From positions 69,925 through 121,959 of the forward strand of contig CAINNF010000018.1 in assembly GCA_903851045.1 (NCBI GenBank): 52,035 nt of DNA. Direction: 5' to 3'. How positions within the stretch are numbered: position 1 is the stretch's first letter; each line of letters starts with the position of its first letter. This DNA is from Candidatus Adlerbacteria bacterium. Its GTDB lineage: Bacteria; Patescibacteriota; Minisyncoccia; Phycocordibacterales; SBAW01. Positions 20,290 to 29,278 of the stretch are shown here, piece by piece. The notes beneath the pieces were generated by a model, which was not told the origin of the DNA, made no database searches, and saw only the letters and a list, made by a program, of their open reading frames with translations. The translations under genes were made by a program, and so were the position numbers.

Positions 20290-20622
20290 TTAACGACAAT
20301 CGCGAAACCTTGGTCTCTTAGACTCGACCGTCGTCGTGTCGGTGGTGTGCTCGGTTAGTCCGCACAGTGCGCAGGTTCGCCTCCACCGGGGTGTCTCGCT
20401 CGCAGGAACATGGGTGGGAGGTCTCCAATCGACACCCATCGTCCCCACCGCGTCGCCGGGAATCGTGTACGCTCGCTGTATGATCGGGTCATAGACAGGG
20501 TCCCCGAATCTGTGCTCACAGGCTCTGTAGATGCCTGCGAGCGCGGCTCGCTTCGCCTCCAAGACTCGCTCTGCCTGCGTGATCTCAAGGCGGAGCTGGT
20601 CTGCCCGCTGCCTCGTATCCAT
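20290..20622 (-). CDS. hypothetical protein, putative Zn-binding (CxH...CxxC)
   Basis: Coiled coil then CEH...WRRTCALCG; SD GGGAGG; TTGACA-N18-TATAAA upstream. Confidence 0.7.
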   Translation of the reverse strand: MDTRQRADQLRLEITQAERVLEAKRAALAGIYRACEHRFGDPVYDPIIQRAYTIPGDAVGTMGVDWRPPTHVPASETPRWRRTCALCGLTEHTTDTTTVESKRPRFRDCR

Positions 20623-20789
20623 GACGAATTCCTCCCTGTACCAATACCTAGTGACGTTTATACATTACATATAACTATCATGTCAAGGCGTTCTTTGCGG
20701 CTGGTCGAATTTGACTGTCATACGCAGTGCTATATAGTCAACCTGGAGTAGTCTAAAGGTCCAAGACCCGTACAAAGGGAGACTGAAAT

Positions 20790-21149
20790 ATGAGTAAGCT
20801 GCAGCGTTGGCTCGCAAATATTGCGTTGTTCACTGTGCTGCTTTTTAGTTTAGCGTTCTGTGTGTTTGTCATCGACCTCACCGGTACGATGATGCACCTG
20901 TGGGTCGGCAGTGCGTGGTCGGTCGCGATCACCGCCTGGTGGCATGTCGCAGGACTCTGGCTCTTCGAGACCAGCACCGATACACTTGTGTGGTTTGGTC
21001 TGAGTCAACAAACAGCTGAATTGAGTACCATGTTGACCGGAGCCATTGTGATGCTTGTGTTGGCGGCATGGGCCATACGCTTCCTGTACCGAGACCTGAT
21101 GCGTTCTTTCGGGTGTAAGGTCGATTCTTCCACCACCTCGCACACCTAG
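20790..21149 (+). CDS. hypothetical membrane protein
   Basis: SD GGGAG, TTGACT-N16-TATAGT promoter, three hydrophobic segments, terminator 21170-21204. Confidence 0.65.
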   Translation: MSKLQRWLANIALFTVLLFSLAFCVFVIDLTGTMMHLWVGSAWSVAITAWWHVAGLWLFETSTDTLVWFGLSQQTAELSTMLTGAIVMLVLAAWAIRFLYRDLMRSFGCKVDSSTTSHT

Positions 21150-21169
21150 CATTGCGACACATCGCACAC

Positions 21170-21204
21170 ACTGCAGGACCCGAAAGGTGTCCTGCAGTTT
21201 TTTT
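21170..21204 (+). terminator. intrinsic terminator
   Basis: ACTGCAGGAC...GTCCTGCAGT followed by a T run. Confidence 0.75.
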
Positions 21205-21355
21205 ATATACACACGAAGGGTCGGCAGGCGTACTCTGAGGCAACATGCAAAAAAGGCGCACCGTAGTGGCGCGCCTTGTTCCGAGCATAATTCGCACATT
21301 TACAATATATATTAAAATATGTATGCTAAATTTCAGATTCACAAGGAAGACTGGC

Positions 21356-21610
21356 ATGCATACTCCCCGTTTTGCATGGATACGCAAGATTTTGGCCGTG
21401 TTCGAGGACCCCATAAACACTCTAACACTGGCCCTGTTTGGGTGCTTGTTGTTCTTTGGATCGTTCCTGTTCGCCGGAGAGGTTACGGAATCGCTCACGT
21501 GGCAACAGTATGGTGCAGTGATCGCCTTCCTCATCGGCTCCATTGTCATAAGCATCAGCCTACTCCTCTTCGCGGTGTCGTTCTTCCGCTCCAACAAGCA
21601 TCGCAAATAG
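21356..21610 (+). CDS. hypothetical 2-TM protein
   Basis: ATG 21356 after AAGGAAG; two TM helices; hairpin AAGGCGCAGG/CCTGCGCCTT downstream. Confidence 0.6.
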   Translation: MHTPRFAWIRKILAVFEDPINTLTLALFGCLLFFGSFLFAGEVTESLTWQQYGAVIAFLIGSIVISISLLLFAVSFFRSNKHRK

Positions 21611-21902
21611 CATCACTTCGCCCAAGGCGCAGGTCCAACCCCTGCGCCTTTTCCTTTGTGTGGTATCCTATCAGCACTTTGCAGGAGGCACCGGACGGCC
21701 AGGCACCATCGCTGGATGGATACGGCGCGGGTTAGCACGCATCTGCACGTTGACCCAACGTATATGCGGCAAGGGTGACCGTTCGGAAAGACGGACAGAC
21801 TCGCTACCCATCCCCCTCGCCGCGGATGGGTTTATTTTTGGAAATAGTAAAAGGCGGCCTCCGTGCATGGAGACCGCCCTTGGCGCCGTAGCGCTCTGTT
21901 TC

Positions 21903-22340
21903 CTACGCTCGCACCAACCGATCAAACAGCTCTTGGTCGATGCCGAGCATTTCGGCAGTCAGCGGCCCCGCCCTGACATCATCTCGCAAAAACCCGATGT
22001 CGAGACTAGAACCTCCCGCTTGTATATACTTGATCCATCGCTTCGCGCTCGCCACGAGTCCGAGGATACGAAGCCGCTCAAGCTCGGCATCATCGGTGCC
22101 GATATCGCGGAGCGTGAGGCCCGCCTTCGCCAGATCCTCCTTCATATACCTGAGGAAGGACCTGTTGTCATCGTAGCCATTTCTCATGTGACGCAACCAG
22201 CGCAACGCACTCTTCTTAAGTGCGAGGACTCTCAACTCCTCGAGGCGCGCCTCCGCGAAATTAACGCGCCAAAAGAAACCCCGAGAGCCGAAATACAGCG
22301 CTGCGAGCCCGACGAACGCGAACAAGAGAGTGTGGTCCAT
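21903..22340 (-). CDS. hypothetical protein with N-terminal TM and two tandem helical repeats
   Basis: SALRWLRHMR...LTLRDIGTDDAELERL and SAKRWIKYIQ...LTAEMLGIDQELFDRL; consensus promoter upstream. Confidence 0.7.
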   Translation of the reverse strand: MDHTLLFAFVGLAALYFGSRGFFWRVNFAEARLEELRVLALKKSALRWLRHMRNGYDDNRSFLRYMKEDLAKAGLTLRDIGTDDAELERLRILGLVASAKRWIKYIQAGGSSLDIGFLRDDVRAGPLTAEMLGIDQELFDRLVRA

Positions 22341-22369
22341 TACACCTTTCCCCTACACAACTGGAAAAG

Positions 22370-22398
22370 ATTATATACCATATATTGCAGTATGTCAA
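22370..22398 (-). promoter_or_regulatory. perfect sigma70 consensus promoter
   Basis: TTGACA-N17-TATAAT on the minus strand, about 30 nt upstream of ORF 22340. Confidence 0.8.
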
Positions 22399-22521
22399 AT
22401 ACTGCTGCATGGTGAGTTCTCACTCTGCATACAAGAATCAACCCATATACACAACACCCTAACACCTTGACACTGTCTTGATTGTATGTACTATACACCA
22501 AGTTCAGTTCAGGAGACGCCT

Positions 22522-22791
22522 ATGAATCCGCGAGACATACCTCTCCCGAAACTGCGTCGCGGTCCACGGGGAGAACCGATAGGGTTGCTCGCTGGAGAGC
22601 GAGTGCTCGAAATTCTGTCATCAGAGGACTTGCCGATCGTTGATCAGGAGATGCTTCTTCGAGAGGCACGTTCTCATCTGGTGCAAGTACGAGAAGAAGC
22701 CGAGTTGACCGACGAACTTCTGACCACGGAGGTCCTTGAGCGGATAGCGAAACTGGAGAAAGATATCCAGGACCGGGCCAACTCGATATAA
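22522..22791 (+). CDS. hypothetical protein
   Basis: SD AGGAG, TTGACA-N16-TACTAT at 22467-22494. Confidence 0.6.
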   Translation: MNPRDIPLPKLRRGPRGEPIGLLAGERVLEILSSEDLPIVDQEMLLREARSHLVQVREEAELTDELLTTEVLERIAKLEKDIQDRANSI

Positions 22792-22854
22792 AAACCAGGG
22801 TCGTGAGTCCAGCAGCAGCGTAGTACATCATACGGTTCACAAAGGATACAATGC

Positions 22855-23184
22855 ATGTCGCGTTCGTTTAGCTATGGAGGAGACTTGAAGGAGCTACGTA
22901 TCGTCGGCACCGGGGTCGAGATAGCATTGCTCGCCCTGCGAGTCGGCTACTTTAAGGCTGGCGCGGGGGTGCTTATCGAAGGACCACCTGACTGGCTTCT
23001 GGCTGTGGAGGGCGCTTCGTCCGCGGGATTTGCCGCCGAGACAATCACCCTGCCGCCAGCTCCAACCGGAGATGAGGAAGTCTCGCGCACACCGATCAAG
23101 GTAACTCTGTTTCTTCCGCCGAAGAATCTCCGCATCGTCGTCGATATCCCAGTTCGGAGTACTGCCACGAATTTCATGTCATAA
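22855..23184 (+). CDS. hypothetical protein
   Basis: 109 aa ORF with AAGGA upstream. Confidence 0.5.
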   Translation: MSRSFSYGGDLKELRIVGTGVEIALLALRVGYFKAGAGVLIEGPPDWLLAVEGASSAGFAAETITLPPAPTGDEEVSRTPIKVTLFLPPKNLRIVVDIPVRSTATNFMS

Positions 23185-23428
23185 TCCGTACGCAGCACGG
23201 ACACCGCATCACTCCCCACACGCAAACACACATTTGTTTGTGTGTGGGGATTTTTTACACAAGGCACGACGCTAATACCACACCACGACCATTTCACGAA
23301 CATCGTGACTGTCCCCATGACCCTTTGTTTCAACGCAACGACCTTACCGTATCTCCCAAGAGTTACACAAAAAAATACCGCCCCATGGTGTGGGGCGGTG
23401 TGGCTAGGTACGACCACTCGAGCGACGT

Positions 23429-24001
23429 TCAAAGGCGAGTGATATGGTCGACTGCCTCCGCCCACGTGTGGACTCTGATGATATTGTCACCCGCAACATC
23501 GCCATTCCATGGAGCGTCGAACAGCAGTACTGGAATCCCGACGGCGGCAACCGCATGTGCATGGTGGGGTGCATCTTCAAGAAGGATGGTTACGCCAAGC
23601 TCCTGACACGCTCTTGCCTTTGACCCGTGCCCACGACCGTTATAGCCGACGAAGTGAACACCCGCGAACACGTCGGGAAAGTGCCGCCCCACCAACGCGC
23701 TGGTTACCTCGGCGAGATGTGCATGACGTGCGGTAATGATGTGCAGTTCACAGAAGTTCGCAAGATGCATGACCGCCTCTTGAGCCCCGAACACTGGGAC
23801 TAGGTTCGCATGGTGCGATGAGTAGTACCACGCCTCGAGACGTTCGTGCGCCTCGTCGGGAGTACATCCCCACAAGCGACTGAGGTCGAACGACTGTACG
23901 TCCTCCATCCAGTGTGCGGTACCGAACTGTTCGTTGTGGAACCCAAGCAGCGACGGGTTGGTATCGACAAGTACGTCGTCGAAATCTATACCGACTCTCA
24001 T
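23429..24001 (-). CDS. HAD-family 5'(3')-deoxyribonucleotidase-like protein
   Basis: GIDFDDVL, IITAR, SKA..C, LLED, LFDAPWN. Confidence 0.88.
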   Translation of the reverse strand: MRVGIDFDDVLVDTNPSLLGFHNEQFGTAHWMEDVQSFDLSRLWGCTPDEAHERLEAWYYSSHHANLVPVFGAQEAVMHLANFCELHIITARHAHLAEVTSALVGRHFPDVFAGVHFVGYNGRGHGSKARACQELGVTILLEDAPHHAHAVAAVGIPVLLFDAPWNGDVAGDNIIRVHTWAEAVDHITRL

Positions 24002-24178
24002 AAAGAACATCCCTCTGTTTGTTTCTACCAAAATCCTACCACAGAGGAAGAGAGACTGAATGGATACGGTTCGGGTTAGCACGTTTTTTGGAGATGAGCA
24101 GCAAAAAAGGACGGCACCGTAGCGATATTGTACCAAAAGAAAACCCCTTTGATGCTATCTCAGGGGTCGTGAGCGTGT

Positions 24179-24490
24179 TTAGTCTTTGCGTTTCAGATGG
24201 GCAGCGGCTACCCGCCAAGCTTGTTGGACGTCCCATGCATGGTTGCCGAATGTTCCCATCCGGATTCGGTACCACACGAGCAGGGTATCCCACCAGGCGG
24301 ACACTAGCCCACCAATGACGATCTCATATGCTACGTACGGTGGCTTGCCCAACCACGCGAGCACCACCAGAGCTACCACCGAGACAACAAACGTCATAAC
24401 AGTGAGAGGTACCGAGACTACGAGCCGGAACCTCATCACTTTACCTTGCAGCTTGGTGGCCGCGTTACTAAAAGGCGGGAATGGTGACAT
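24179..24490 (-). CDS. hypothetical 2-TM protein
   Basis: Two hydrophobic segments; TTGACT-N16-TATAAT upstream. Confidence 0.55.
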   Translation of the reverse strand: MSPFPPFSNAATKLQGKVMRFRLVVSVPLTVMTFVVSVVALVVLAWLGKPPYVAYEIVIGGLVSAWWDTLLVWYRIRMGTFGNHAWDVQQAWRVAAAHLKRKD

Positions 24491-24549
24491 TTTTGTTTTC
24501 CCAATGTACCTTGAGGCATTATAATACAACACAAGTAAAAGTCAATGTG

Positions 24550-24620
24550 CTGGGAGACATGGACTCGAACCATGATTCACGGCTTCAAAGGCCGCTGTCC
24601 TACCATTAGACGATCTCCCA
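24550..24620 (-). tRNA. tRNA-Gln(TTG)
   Basis: Reverse complement TGGGAGATCGTCTAATGGTAGGACA-GCGGC-CTTTGAA-GCCGT-GAAT-CATGGTTCGAGTCCATG-TCTCCCAG. Confidence 0.95.
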
Positions 24621-24824
24621 ATGAAAAGCTCACGACCCGTGGGGCGCGATGGTTGGACCGTGGTGGATCCTAGCTTTACCTGTCCATAATACTTGTTTTT
24701 GGTATTTTTTCTATCGGCGTGACCACGAGACGGTTTATTGGAGGATGTTTGACATATTATTTGTTTATGTTAATCTGTTGCCAGGCTGGCCGCGATCATG
24801 CGGCAGCAACGAGGGATTTTTCCA

Positions 24825-25283
24825 ATGCTTTCGACATTGGCTCGGTTTGCTTTGTGTTTCGGTTTACTTCTGGGAGGTGTGCTCCCCGCGCGAGCGGGAG
24901 GGGTTGTCGTGGTCCCCATTCCGGAGGTGTGCTTCGAACATCTCTGCGCCAAGGTGCCGACCGAATGGGTGGCGTCGTTGCAGAATTCGGTGTTCTCCGC
25001 CACGGACGGCAAGACGACCTTCACGATCCAGATCACCAACGCGGTCGACCTGACCGACATCGACACCAGCACCGAACCTGAGTTCAATATCAGCGGCAAC
25101 CCCTTCTGGGCCGTGGCGGGAAATGACACACACAGCGCCACCTACCAGGGCAAGGTGCGTTACTACAAGGACGAGGAGGAATATTCAGTGGTCGTGATCA
25201 CCGTCAACGGTGACCTCGAGACATGGCGCGACCGCCTGATCGAGTGGGTTGTTGCGCGCAACTACGACGACCTGCGCCAGTAA
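24825..25283 (+). CDS. hypothetical exported protein
   Basis: Signal peptide (..LPARA-G), beta-rich body, hairpin downstream. Confidence 0.65.
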   Translation: MLSTLARFALCFGLLLGGVLPARAGGVVVVPIPEVCFEHLCAKVPTEWVASLQNSVFSATDGKTTFTIQITNAVDLTDIDTSTEPEFNISGNPFWAVAGNDTHSATYQGKVRYYKDEEEYSVVVITVNGDLETWRDRLIEWVVARNYDDLRQ

Positions 25284-25424
25284 AAAAAGGAGGGTACGTG
25301 GGCGCGGCAGTTACTGCCGCGCCCTTTTCATATTCTGTATCAGTACTGCGACCGTCTTTGTCCGCTGGAGTTGACTCATTTTGTATACCAAGTAGAGTCA
25401 CCGCAGTACGCACATGAGGAAGGT

Positions 25425-25628
25425 ATGACCGACGTTCCGTATAGCCACGGGGTCCGCTTGGGCCAGTGCCCGACGTGTCTGGCGTTCTTGGTGGTTCGGC
25501 CCGACCACTACGGCACCTGGATGATCCCCTTCCACCCACCCGCGCCGACAGAGTCCCGCGAAGGACTCCGACACTGCCAAGGGTCTGGGGAACCGGAGCG
25601 ATTCTCCTCCGACGGCCGGTACCTTTGA
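25425..25628 (+). CDS. small putative Zn-binding protein
   Basis: SD GAGGAAGG; GQCPTC...H...HC.GSG. Confidence 0.55.
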   Translation: MTDVPYSHGVRLGQCPTCLAFLVVRPDHYGTWMIPFHPPAPTESREGLRHCQGSGEPERFSSDGRYL

Positions 25629-25713
25629 TGTCTCGAGGACTTGCTTGTTTCGCACCATCCGCCGCCCACCATGGGCGGCGTTTTTCTGTAGCCTGCGACC
25701 GAAGTTTGCCGAC

Positions 25714-26151
25714 TTACGACAGTGTCGCGACGGCGTTGTCTTCGGATTGTGGCTGGCCGCAGAAGGCGCAGCGGCTAGCGGCAAGCGGGATCTCGCTGAG
25801 GCACTCGGGGCACTTTTTACTCGTCGGGTCCGCCGGAGTCTCGCGTCCCTTCATGCGCTCGGTGAAGGTGTTCATCGGGAGCACGACGAAGAAGTAGACC
25901 ACGGCCGCGATGATAAGGAAGGAGACGAGCGAGTTGAGAAAGTCGCCGATAAGGAACTTGCTGCCGTTGATGGTGAAGACGATATTGGACAAGTCGGACG
26001 TGTTGATGATAGCACCCACCAGCGGCGTGATGAGGTCCTTCACGAACGAGCTGACGATACCGGTAAACGCGGCTCCGACCGCAAGACCAACGGCAAGGTC
26101 GACGACGTTGCCACGGAGGATGAATTTTTTGAATCCGTTCATAACTTCCAT
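25714..26151 (-). CDS. mscL: large-conductance mechanosensitive channel with C-terminal zinc ribbon
   Basis: FKKFILRGNVVDLAVG..VGAAF..IVSSFV.DLITP, G.FLN..VSFLIIA; tail CPEC..CAFC. Confidence 0.93.
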   Translation of the reverse strand: MEVMNGFKKFILRGNVVDLAVGLAVGAAFTGIVSSFVKDLITPLVGAIINTSDLSNIVFTINGSKFLIGDFLNSLVSFLIIAAVVYFFVVLPMNTFTERMKGRETPADPTSKKCPECLSEIPLAASRCAFCGQPQSEDNAVATLS

Positions 26152-26172
26152 AGAGAGAACACTATACCACCA

Positions 26173-27240
26173 TTATCCCGTTGTGTACACACGGTAGAGC
26201 GCGAGCTCCAATGGGAGTGCCGGGAGCGGGGCGCGGTTCGTCTCCAAAAGCGCCGTGATCAGTTCGGCCAACAGTTGCGAATTTATGGCGGCTCCCTCCT
26301 TACCAGCAAGCCGCGTGAGCGCCGCGAGTTCAGTGACACTGAACTGCTCGCTCAACTCTTTTTTCATCTCCGGAGCGAAGCGAAGCAGCAGCACCGCGCG
26401 CACCTTGGTGAGCGCGAGCAGCACGAACACCTTCGCCTCGACACCGCTCTGTGTCGCCTGGTGAAAGGCGCCAAGCGCGGTAGCGATATCCTTTTGTGCC
26501 AGAGACTCTAGGAAGGTGTTCACGACCGCGCCGGACGGCGCACCGACGACCACACCGACCTCGGCTTCGGTCAACTTGGCATCACGTGAGACGGTCAAGA
26601 CTTTTTGTAAGATACCGAGCGTATCACGAAAGGACCCATCCCCCATCAGCGCGATGAGTTCTGCACCTGCGGGTTCGATGGTGACCTTCTCTTTTTTCGC
26701 GACGTCGATGATGAGGCTCTTGAGGATGTCGTGTGACGGCTTTTTGAAGGTAAAGGTCTGGCAGCGCGAGATGATGGTCTCCGGCACGCGGTCGAGCTCG
26801 GTGGTGGCGAGCACGAAGACGACGTGCGCGGGCGGCTCCTCCAAAGTCTTGAGTAGTGCCTGCCACGCCTGTGGGGTCAGTGCGTGCGCCTCGTCGATGA
26901 TATAAAATTTGTACTTGGACTCGAACGGGAGCGTGGCGACGCCATCGCGCAGTTCGCGGATCTCGTCGATGCCACGGTTGCTCGCCGCATCCATCTCATA
27001 GACGTCGTTGTCGCTCGTCCCCAGCGCCCGCGCGAGAATACGCGCGGTCGAGGTCTTGCCAGTCCCGCGCCCGCCTGCGAAAAGGTAGGCGTGCGCTATT
27101 CTTTCGTTCTCGACCGCGGCCCGCAGCACCGAGGTGATATGCTCCTGCCCACGCACCTCGTCGAAGATGCCGGGGCGATACTTCCGATACAAAGAGAGAT
27201 TGTGCCGCTCTAGGTCGGGCGTGGTCGTCTGTTTCATCAC
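26173..27240 (-). CDS. dnaX: DNA polymerase III subunit gamma/tau
   Basis: LYRKYRP, GGRGTGKTS, DAASNRG, IIDEAH, LLKTLEEPP, TIISRCQ. Confidence 0.95.
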   Translation of the reverse strand: MMKQTTTPDLERHNLSLYRKYRPGIFDEVRGQEHITSVLRAAVENERIAHAYLFAGGRGTGKTSTARILARALGTSDNDVYEMDAASNRGIDEIRELRDGVATLPFESKYKFYIIDEAHALTPQAWQALLKTLEEPPAHVVFVLATTELDRVPETIISRCQTFTFKKPSHDILKSLIIDVAKKEKVTIEPAGAELIALMGDGSFRDTLGILQKVLTVSRDAKLTEAEVGVVVGAPSGAVVNTFLESLAQKDIATALGAFHQATQSGVEAKVFVLLALTKVRAVLLLRFAPEMKKELSEQFSVTELAALTRLAGKEGAAINSQLLAELITALLETNRAPLPALPLELALYRVYTTG

Positions 27241-27312
27241 TCAACAGTATACAACTCTTATACGAAAAATGCCCCGCCTATAACGGAGCATGTTTCTCGT
27301 TTCGTGTCGTGC

Positions 27313-27711
27313 TTATTTTGAAGCCGGCTTCTTCGCAGGAGCCTTCTTCACCGCCTTCTTGGCGCCCTTGGGCGTCACTGCGGCGCTGATGTGCGCCCAC
27401 GCAGCCCTCAGGTCCTTACCGAGCTGCGCGGTCTCTTCGGCGGTCACGCCAGAAACTGCCGAATACTTCGCGACCACCTTGTCGACGATAGCCTGGTAGC
27501 TCGCCTTGTCGATGGTCTTCGCCTTCTCGACCGCTTCGAGCGCTTCTGCACGCGCCTTGAGCAAATAACTCTTCGCGAGCTTGCGATGCTTGCTCGAGTG
27601 CTTCGCACCATACAACCAAAATGCCCCTGCCGCGCCGGCTGCCAATGCTGCCACTCCGAGTGCCGCGCCCGCTACTGCACCTGTTCCGTTTCCGTTCGAA
27701 TTGTTTGCCAT
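27313..27711 (-). CDS. hypothetical protein (YtxH-like N-terminal TM, Ala/Lys-rich tail)
   Basis: Gly/Ala-rich TM, helical body, KKAVKKAPAKK tail. Confidence 0.7.
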   Translation of the reverse strand: MANNSNGNGTGAVAGAALGVAALAAGAAGAFWLYGAKHSSKHRKLAKSYLLKARAEALEAVEKAKTIDKASYQAIVDKVVAKYSAVSGVTAEETAQLGKDLRAAWAHISAAVTPKGAKKAVKKAPAKKPASK

Positions 27712-27744
27712 ACGTAAAGATTACTACTAAATAATACCCTCCTA

Positions 27745-28080
27745 TTATACAGACTCTTCGGATTTCGTCTCGTTTTTGCGTCGCTTTCGTGGGGATGAGC
27801 GCCGTTTTTGCTTGGTCGCGCCCGCTCCCGCGAAGAACCCTCCGAGCGCGGCACCGAGAAAGCCGGTGATCTTCTCTGCGTACCCTTTCGCCTCGCCACG
27901 CACGTACGCGATATCGCTTTCGATGGTCTCGCTTGCCGTACGCACCTTCTGGGCGACCCGACGCACCTCACGTAAGATCGCGATGATGTACCATAGTACA
28001 ACGACGAGCATCAGGGTCACCACAAGCACCGCGACGGACGTAATAAAAAAGAAGATGTTAGCGTGGAGTATATCGTTCAT
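27745..28080 (-). CDS. hypothetical protein (DUF948/YtxG-like TM plus coiled coil)
   Basis: ANIFFFITSVAV TM followed by amphipathic helix and basic tail. Confidence 0.7.
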   Translation of the reverse strand: MNDILHANIFFFITSVAVLVVTLMLVVVLWYIIAILREVRRVAQKVRTASETIESDIAYVRGEAKGYAEKITGFLGAALGGFFAGAGATKQKRRSSPRKRRKNETKSEESV

Positions 28081-28083
28081 ATA

Positions 28084-29154
28084 CTACCCAGTATACGATA
28101 CGGCGAGAAAGTCGTTGATGATCTTCTCCACCTCCTGTGCATTAGTCGTCTCCATCAACCTCATGCGAAGCTCCTTCGCGCCTGGGAATCCTTCGACGTA
28201 GGCCTTGAAGTGCTTTTTCATGATAGCGAAACTTTTGATGTCACCGAGCAGCTCTTCGTACAATGTAGTGTGCTCGACAGCAACAAGAAGTCGTGCAACA
28301 ACTTCGTCCGAGAGGGCGGCAGTATTTCCTCCACAAAAGTCCTCGGGCCGCCTCAACGCCCAGAGCGGCGTTGTAGGCTTCCAGACTTTTGCTCCAGAAA
28401 CACTGCCGCCCTCCCCCGCGAACAACCACGGCGTGCCGAAGATGGCGCGACCTATCATCACCCCGTCAGCACCGGACGCTGCCGCCTTGGTGCGTGCATC
28501 ATCCATATCCACCACATCGCCATTGCCGACGATGAGTGTCGCGCTTCCCATCTGGTCTCTGATCTCCACGGCGCGCTTCACGCGCTCCCAACGTGCGGGT
28601 ACCAGCGACATTTCCTTGCGCGTTCGCGCATGGAGAATGATCGCCGCCGGTTCGGCCTTCAGCAGGATCGGCAGCCACTCTTCCAAGATGTCTTTGTTGT
28701 ATCCCAGCCGCGTCTTCACCGACACAGGGAGACCCTTGCCGCCGCGCTTCGCCGCTTCGATGAGTTCTACCGCGCGCGCAGGGTTGAGTATCAACTTTGA
28801 TCCCGCACCCTGACCCTCGACCGACTTGTCGGGACAACCCATGTTGATGTCGATACCGTCAAAACCACGCTCATGCGCGAGCGCAGCCGCCTTCTCCATA
28901 TACTCTGGCGTCGCCGTGAAGAACTGTACGACGATTGGACGCTCCGCGTCGGTAAAGATCATGTCGCGCAGCAACACCTCTTGGTTGCCACGAAAGAGCC
29001 CATCCGCCGAGACGAACTCGGTGTACATGACGTCTGGTTTCCCATACTTCGCGATGATACGACGAAAGGCGGCATCGGTGACGTTCGCCATCGGTGCCAA
29101 CACGAAGAAGGGCTTTTGCAGCTTCGCCCAAAAATTCTCGTTCTTTCCTGACAT
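28084..29154 (-). CDS. dus: tRNA-dihydrouridine synthase with palindromic insertion
   Basis: LAPMANVTD, TEFVS, DINMGCP, SVKTRLG, HART, GNGD, GVMIGR, MKKH. Confidence 0.94.
   Translation of the reverse strand: MSGKNENFWAKLQKPFFVLAPMANVTDAAFRRIIAKYGKPDVMYTEFVSADGLFRGNQEVLLRDMIFTDAERPIVVQFFTATPEYMEKAAALAHERGFDGIDINMGCPDKSVEGQGAGSKLILNPARAVELIEAAKRGGKGLPVSVKTRLGYNKDILEEWLPILLKAEPAAIILHARTRKEMSLVPARWERVKRAVEIRDQMGSATLIVGNGDVVDMDDARTKAAASGADGVMIGRAIFGTPWLFAGEGGSVSGAKVWKPTTPLWALRRPEDFCGGNTAALSDEVVARLLVAVEHTTLYEELLGDIKSFAIMKKHFKAYVEGFPGAKELRMRLMETTNAQEVEKIINDFLAVSYTG
28312..28413. repeat. 30-bp imperfect inverted repeat element in-frame within dus
   Basis: GAGGGCGGCAGTATTTC-ctcca-CAAAAGTC and GACTTTTG-ctcca-GAAACACTGCCGCCCTC; 102 nt = 34 codons. 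Confidence 0.85.
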
Positions 29155-29190
29155 ACTCACTACCCTACCCTTATTTTTATCACTCGCCTA

Positions 29191-29266
29191 GGGAGAGGTG
29201 CGCAGGTGTGCTTTGGTAGGGGTGCTGTTTATCTCCCCGGACAAAGTACACCTGCGCACCTCTCCC
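29191..29266. repeat. intergenic 25-bp inverted repeat
   Basis: GGGAGAGGTGCGCAGGTGTGCTTTG and CAAAGTACACCTGCGCACCTCTCCC, one mismatch. Confidence 0.85.
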
Positions 29267-29278
29267 GCAGACAACGCG

